Part shown: positions 58,901-64,000 of the stretch, piece by piece
How positions within the stretch are numbered: the first letter of the stretch is position 1
Layout: each line of letters begins with the position of its first letter
DNA from: Eledone cirrhosa
Taxonomy: Eukaryota
Length of the DNA: 64,000 nucleotides
Reading direction: 5' to 3'
Assembly (NCBI GenBank): GCA_964016885.1
Contig: OZ024748.1
Coordinates: 29,202,001 to 29,266,000 of the forward strand
Made by a program: the position numbers and the translations under genes
The notes under the pieces: generated by a model
Database searches by the model: none
What the model saw: the letters and a program-made list of their open reading frames with translations, nothing else
Told to the model about the DNA's origin: nothing

Positions 58901-58983
58901 ACAGTCCAAATTTGTGGGTCAGTGGTCTTGCTTCAACTACCTGTGCTACAGACCTTAAATTGCTTTTTACCAAATATGGCAAG
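43793..58983 (+). CDS. SAFB: SAFB-like copy 2, exons 1-10 (gene continues beyond the window)
   Basis: Exons 43793-43927, 48829-48889, 49529-49557, 50423-50477, 51089-51117, 52322-52525, 52962-52995, 56534-57116, 58740-58780, 58889-58983; each aligns to a copy 1 exon with intact splice sites and an open frame. Confidence 0.88.
44640..45533 (-). mobile_element. Non-autonomous mariner element with about 100-bp inverted ends
   Basis: TA flanks, same TIR as 31447-32065; ORF 44672..45292 jumps from GDESWIFEYDP to KGTRF, so the catalytic core is deleted; absent from copy 1 near 5405. Confidence 0.92.
45909..47720 (-). mobile_element. CRE-like non-LTR retrotransposon (RT plus RLE), frameshifted, in copy 2 intron 1
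   Basis: QLGVG..GCEAAAH, LKLDLKNAFNSV, GIQQGDPLG, WYLDD; RLE ILEPSGLSR, FQPVAFE; ends at AATAAA on the minus strand. Confidence 0.85.
51219..51670. repeat. 35-bp minisatellite, about 13 units (paralog of 9675-9845)
   Basis: Same unit and same flanks. Confidence 0.85.
52322..52525 (+). CDS. SAFB: SAFB-like copy 2 exon 6 (48 nt longer than in copy 1)
   Basis: Same splice sites as 10481-10636; extra DQLVEELPVTSLDTNK. Confidence 0.82.
56534..57116 (+). CDS. SAFB: SAFB-like copy 2 exon 8
   Basis: ORF 56560..57150; 15 nt longer than copy 1 exon 8. Confidence 0.88.
58889..58983 (+). CDS. SAFB: SAFB-like copy 2 exon 10 (RRM N-half)
   Basis: Identical to 17139-17233 by eye. Confidence 0.93.
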
Positions 58984-59032
58984 GTATGTTGATTGAAATA
59001 TGTTTAGTGTTGTTTATGTCCAGTTTTGTTTA

Positions 59033-61763
59033 AACTGGTCATGTGTATTAGTGAAGTCTGCTGGCATTGGTTAAACTGGTCATGTGTATTAGTGAAGTCT
59101 GCTGGCATTGGTTGAACTGGTCATGTGTATTAGTGAAGTCTGCTGGCATTGGTTGAACTGGTCATGTGTATTAGTGAAGTCTGCTGGCATTGGTTGAACT
59201 GGTCATGTGTATTAGTGAAGTCTGCTGGCATTGGTTGAACTGGTCATGTGTATTAGTGAAGTCTGCTGGCATTGGTTGAACTGGTCGTGTGTATTAGTGA
59301 AGTCTGCTGGCATTGGTTAAACTGGTCATGTGTATTAGTGAAGTCTGCTGGCATTGGTTGAACTGGTCATGTGTATTAGTGAAGTCTGCTGGCATTGGTT
59401 GAACTGGTCATGTGTATTAGTGAAGTCTGCTGGCATTGGTTGAACTGGTCATGTGTATTAGTGAAGTCTGCTGGCATTGGTTGAACTGGTCATGTGTATT
59501 AGTGAAGTCTGCTGGCATTGGTTGAACTGGTCATGTGTATTAGTGAAGTCTGCTGGCATTGGTTAAACTGATCATGTGTATTAGTGAAGTCTGCTGGCAT
59601 TGGTTGAACTGGTCATGTGTATTAGTGAAGTCTGCTGGCATTGGTTAAACTGATCATGTGTATTAGTGAAGTCTGCTGGCATTGGTTGAACTGGTCATGT
59701 GTATTAGTGAAGTCTGCTGGCATTGGTTAAACTGGTCATGTGTATTAGTGAAGTCTGCTGGCATTGGTTGAACTGGTCATGTGTATTAGTGAAGTCTGCT
59801 GGCATTGGTTAAACTGATCATGTGTATTAGTGAAGTCTGCTGGCATTGGTTGAACTGGTCATGTGTATTAGTGAAGTCTGCTGGCATTGGTTGAACTGGT
59901 CATGTGTATTAGTGAAGTCTGCTGGCATTGGTTGAACTGGTCATGTGTATTAGTGAAGTCTGCTGGCATTGGTTGAACTGGTCATGTGTATTAGTGAAGT
60001 CTGCTGGCATTGGTTGAACTGGTCATGTGTATTAGTGAAGTCTGCTGGCATTGGTTAAACTGGTCATGTGTATTAGTGAAGTCTGCTGGCATTGGTTGAA
60101 CTGGTCATGTGTATTAGTGAAGTCTGCTGGCATTGGTTGAACTGGTCATGTGTATTAGTGAAGTCTGCTGGCATTGGTTGAACTGGTCATGTGTATTAGT
60201 GAAGTCTGCTGGCATTGGTTGAACTGGTCATGTGTATTAGTGAAGTCTGCTGGCATTGGTTGAACTGGTCATGTGTATTAGTGAAGTCTGCTGGCATTGG
60301 TTAAACTGGTCATGTGTATTAGTGAAGTCTGCTGGCATTGGTTGAACTGGTCATGTGTATTAGTGAAGTCTGCTGGCATTGGTTAAACTGGTCATGTGTA
60401 TTAGTGAAGTCTGCTGGCATTGGTTGAACTGGTCATGTGTATTAGTGAAGTCTGCTGGCATTGGTTGAACTGGTCATGTGTATTAGTGAAGTCTGCTGGC
60501 ATTGGTTGAACTGGTCATGTGTATTAGTGAAGTCTGCTGGCATTGGTTGAACTGGTCATGTGTATTAGTGAAGTCTGCTGGCATTGGTTGAACTGGTCAT
60601 GTGTATTAGTGAAGTCTGCTGGCATTGGTTGAACTGGTCATGTGTATTAGTGAAGTCTGCTGGCATTGGTTGAACTGGTCATGTGTATTAGCGAAGTCTG
60701 CTGGCATTGGTTGAACTGGTCATGTGTATTAGTGAAGTCTGCTGGCATTGGTTGAACTGGTCATGTGTATTAGTGAAGTCTGCTGGCATTGGTTAAACTG
60801 GTCATGTGTATTAGTGAAGTCTGCTGGCATTGGTTGAACTGGTCATGTGTATTAGTGAAGTCTGCTGGCATTGGTTGAACTGGTCATGTGTATTAGTGAA
60901 GTCTGCTGGCATTGGTTGAACTGGTCATGTGTATTAGTGAAGTCTGCTGGCATTGGTTGAACTGGTCATGTGTATTAGTGAAGTCTGCTGGCATTGGTTG
61001 AACTGGTCATGTGTATTAGTGAAGTCTGCTGGCATTGGTTGAACTGGTCATGTGTATTAGTGAAGTCTGCTGGCATTGGTTGAACTGGTCATGTGTATTA
61101 GTGAAGTCTGCTGGCATTGGTTGAACTGGTCATGTGTATTAGTGAAGTCTGCTGGCATTGGTTGAACTGGTCATGTGTATTAGTGAAGTCTGCTGGCATT
61201 GGTTGAACTGGTCATGTGTATTAGTGAAGTCTGCTGGCATTGGTTGAACTGGTCATGTGTATTAGTGAAGTCTGCTGGCATTGGTTGAACTGGTCATGTG
61301 TATTAGTGAAGTCTGCTGGCATTGGTTGAACTGGTCATGTGTATTAGTGAAGTCTGCTGGCATTGGTTGAACTGGTCATGTGTATTAGTGAAGTCTGCTG
61401 GCATTGGTTGAACTGGTCATGTGTATTAGTGAAGTCTGCTGGCATTGGTTGAACTGGTCATGTGTATTAGTGAAGTCTGCTGGCATTGGTTGAACTGGTC
61501 ATGTGTATTAGTGAAGTCTGCTGGCATTGGTTGAACTGGTCATGTGTATTAGTGAAGTCTGCTGGCATTGGTTGAACTGGTCATGTGTATTAGTGAAGTC
61601 TGCTGGCATTGGTTGAACTGGTCATGTGTATTAGTGAAGTCTGCTGGCATTGGTTGAACTGGTCATGTGTATTAGTGAAGTCTGCTGGCATTGGTTGAAC
61701 TGGTCATGTGTATTAGTGAAGTCTGCTGGCATTGGTTGAACTGGTCATGTGTATTAGTGAAGT
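59033..61763. repeat. 41-bp minisatellite, about 66.6 units (paralog of 17283-17963)
   Basis: Same unit and identical flanks; (61739-59033)/41 = 66. Confidence 0.98.
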
Positions 61764-62069
61764 ATGCAGGAAGGTAAAGATATACAAAAGCTAAACTGGT
61801 ATAATTTTAGTTGTTCTCTCTCATTTGCTCACTCCCTCCATCTCTCACTATTATATACAAATGGGAGCCCACGCACCGATCACCCCACAGTCAGAGAAAC
61901 ATGTCATGCCCATATTCCATATTTTGGTATGATTTCTATGGCTGGATGACCTTTATAAAACCAACCACTTTACACGGTATATTGGGTGTATTTTAGCATG
62001 TTACCATCTCATATTCCATTCCCTTCTAGTTCTCAACATTTATTTAGACAGCTGTCATTCTCCATCTTG

Positions 62070-63938
62070 TTATTAATGATATTAATCAGCGACAAAATCA
62101 AGTTATATGAGATGCAGTTTGGATTTATGCCAGGTAGGGGTAATACGGAAGCCCTCTTTTTGGTGAGACAACTATAGGAGAGGTATTTAGCAAAAAGTAA
62201 ATCACTGTATCTAGCATTTTTAGATCTAGAGAAAGCCTTTGATAGGGTCCCACACTCTATAATCTGGTGGGGATTTAGGAAGCTAGGTGTAGATGAATAG
62301 TTTGTGAGGGCTAAGCAGGCCATGTATAGAGAAGCCACCAGCAGAGTGAGATTTGAAAATGAGTACTGTGAGAAATTTGAAGTGCAGGTGGAGGTCCTCC
62401 AGGGATTGATCCTCAGTCCACTCCTGTTTATTGTATTTCAGGTGGAGGTCCTCCAGGGATTGATCCTCAGTCCACTCCTGTTTATTGTATTTCAGGTGGA
62501 GGTCCTCCAGGGATTGATCCTCAGTCCACTCCTATTTATCCTTGTATTTCAGGTGGAGGTCCTCCAGGGATTGATCCTCAGTCCACTCCTATTTATTGTA
62601 TTTCAGGCGGCCATCACTGAGGAGTGTAAAATTGGCGGGAGCTGATATATTCTGAATCCGTAGGACAGTTAGAAGCAAAATTTCAAGAATGGAAGAACCT
62701 AGAACTGAATGGCCTAAAAGTAAATTTAGCAAAGACCAATGTCTTAATAAGTCGGAAAGTTAGACAGGAAGGTTGCCTTGTTCAATATGTCAGGAATGGG
62801 TCAGAAGAAATTCCATAAGGTGCACACAATATAAATTATGGATGCACAAGAGATGTAGTGGGATTACAGGTAGGCTAATAATAAAGATAGACTTTATATG
62901 CGGCAGATACACAAAGGAAGTGAGTACAAAGAACACACGTGAAATAGATTACCTCAGTTGCCATAGGAGCTCTCTATAAGTTGTCAACTGCTTTTGCTAC
63001 CTAGGCAATGAAATTAGTAGAGGTGTATGATGCACTGACAGTGTGATAGCTAGGATAAGAACAGACTAGAAGACGTTTAGAGATCTATTACCATTGCTAA
63101 CAACAAAATGCTTTTCTTACTGAATGAAGGGTAGACTGTATGATGCCTCTGTGTGAACTGCAATGCTACATAGCAGTGAAACATGGGCCTTGATTGCAGA
63201 AGACCTGCAGAGGCTAGAAAGTAATGAATAGAGTATGCTCCAATGGATGTATTACGTTAGTGTGCATGAGTGACATAACAAGCAAACTGATGGGAAAACT
63301 TGGCATTGGAGGAATTGGATGTAATGTGCAAGAGAGAAGATTGCATTGGTATGAATGTGTGATGCACATGGAAGATAGCTGTATAAAGAAATGCAGTGAA
63401 ACCCCAGGGGCTGGGACCTGTAGAAGAGGCAGACCCAGGAAGACATGGGATGATGTTGTGAAGCCTGACTTTGAAAAAAACTAAACCTCACAACAGAAAT
63501 GACTAAAGACCATGAGCGCTGGTGCTATGTAGTGCTAAAGAAGACACGACCTGCAGCATACAATGTGACCTGTTCCACCCTCATAACCCCCTTCCTAACA
63601 GTTATTCTCAACATTACTACTTCAACCCCGCCCGACATGTCCCACCCCACATTCGTAGCAGCTGATGCCCTGCTCCCTCTATAAAGTGGTTGGTGATAGG
63701 ATGGGCATTCAGTTGTGGAGGGCTTGCCAAACAAAGGGTTGGGAGGACCCTCAGTTGTTTCAAAGACATGACAACCCCTCCTGTGCACTCAGTGAAATGT
63801 GAGATCATACTTAAGCGCTACTCAGATCCCTGGCCTGCCTGGGAGATCAGTGGCTCCGTTTCAGTACTGACTTGATATGTGTGGACCCTTCCAACCCTTG
63901 CTAGCATGGAAAGCAGATGTTAAAATGATGATGATGAA
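62070..63938 (+). mobile_element. RTE LINE in copy 2 intron 10, degenerate, with (ATG)n tail
   Basis: [27 protein letters not shown]; paralog of 18255-20600 without the nested insertions. Confidence 0.88.
62385..62607 (+). repeat. 54-bp tandem repeat x4 inside the RTE RT domain
   Basis: QVEVLQGLILSPLLFIVF four times; one unit is 57 bp. Confidence 0.92.
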
Positions 63939-64000
63939 TTATTAGTCATATTCCCAACACAAACAGCTGTCTAGTGTGTGTGTGTATTTATTTATTCCAC

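Noticed and set aside
59033-61763. CRISPR-like array (also 17283-17963)
   Set aside because: Units are contiguous with no unique spacers, there are no cas genes, and the context is a eukaryotic intron; it is a minisatellite.
43000-64000. Copy 2 as a pure haplotype mis-assembly
   Set aside because: About 8 percent divergence in exon 1 and several copy-specific TE insertions exceed what I would expect for alleles; judged unlikely but not excluded without read data.

Overview
AT-rich, repeat-dense animal genomic DNA; the SINE and LINE content suggests an octopus/cephalopod (inference). The window holds two head-to-tail copies of a SAFB-like (scaffold attachment factor B) gene on the + strand, about 41 kb apart. 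Copy 1 is complete: I chained 21 GT-AG coding exons with consistent phase from 2964 to 38766 (2928 nt, about 975 aa; SAP domain, RRM split over exons 10-11, charged coiled coil, G/N-rich tail). Copy 2 starts at 43793; exons 1-10 are in the window and the gene runs off the right edge. The copies differ by in-frame indels, SAP-domain substitutions, minisatellite length and private transposon insertions. Between them is an inverted pair of young RTE LINEs with about 815-bp arms, and the copy 2 promoter carries a 77-bp inverted repeat with CTCF-like motifs. Introns contain RTE, CRE-like, Vingi-like and CR1/L2-like LINE fragments, non-autonomous mariners, MITEs, Gypsy/LTR remnants, tRNA-derived SINEs and minisatellites. 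Most ORFs in the track are transposon fragments or their antisense shadows. All identities and family calls are by eye; no searches were run.
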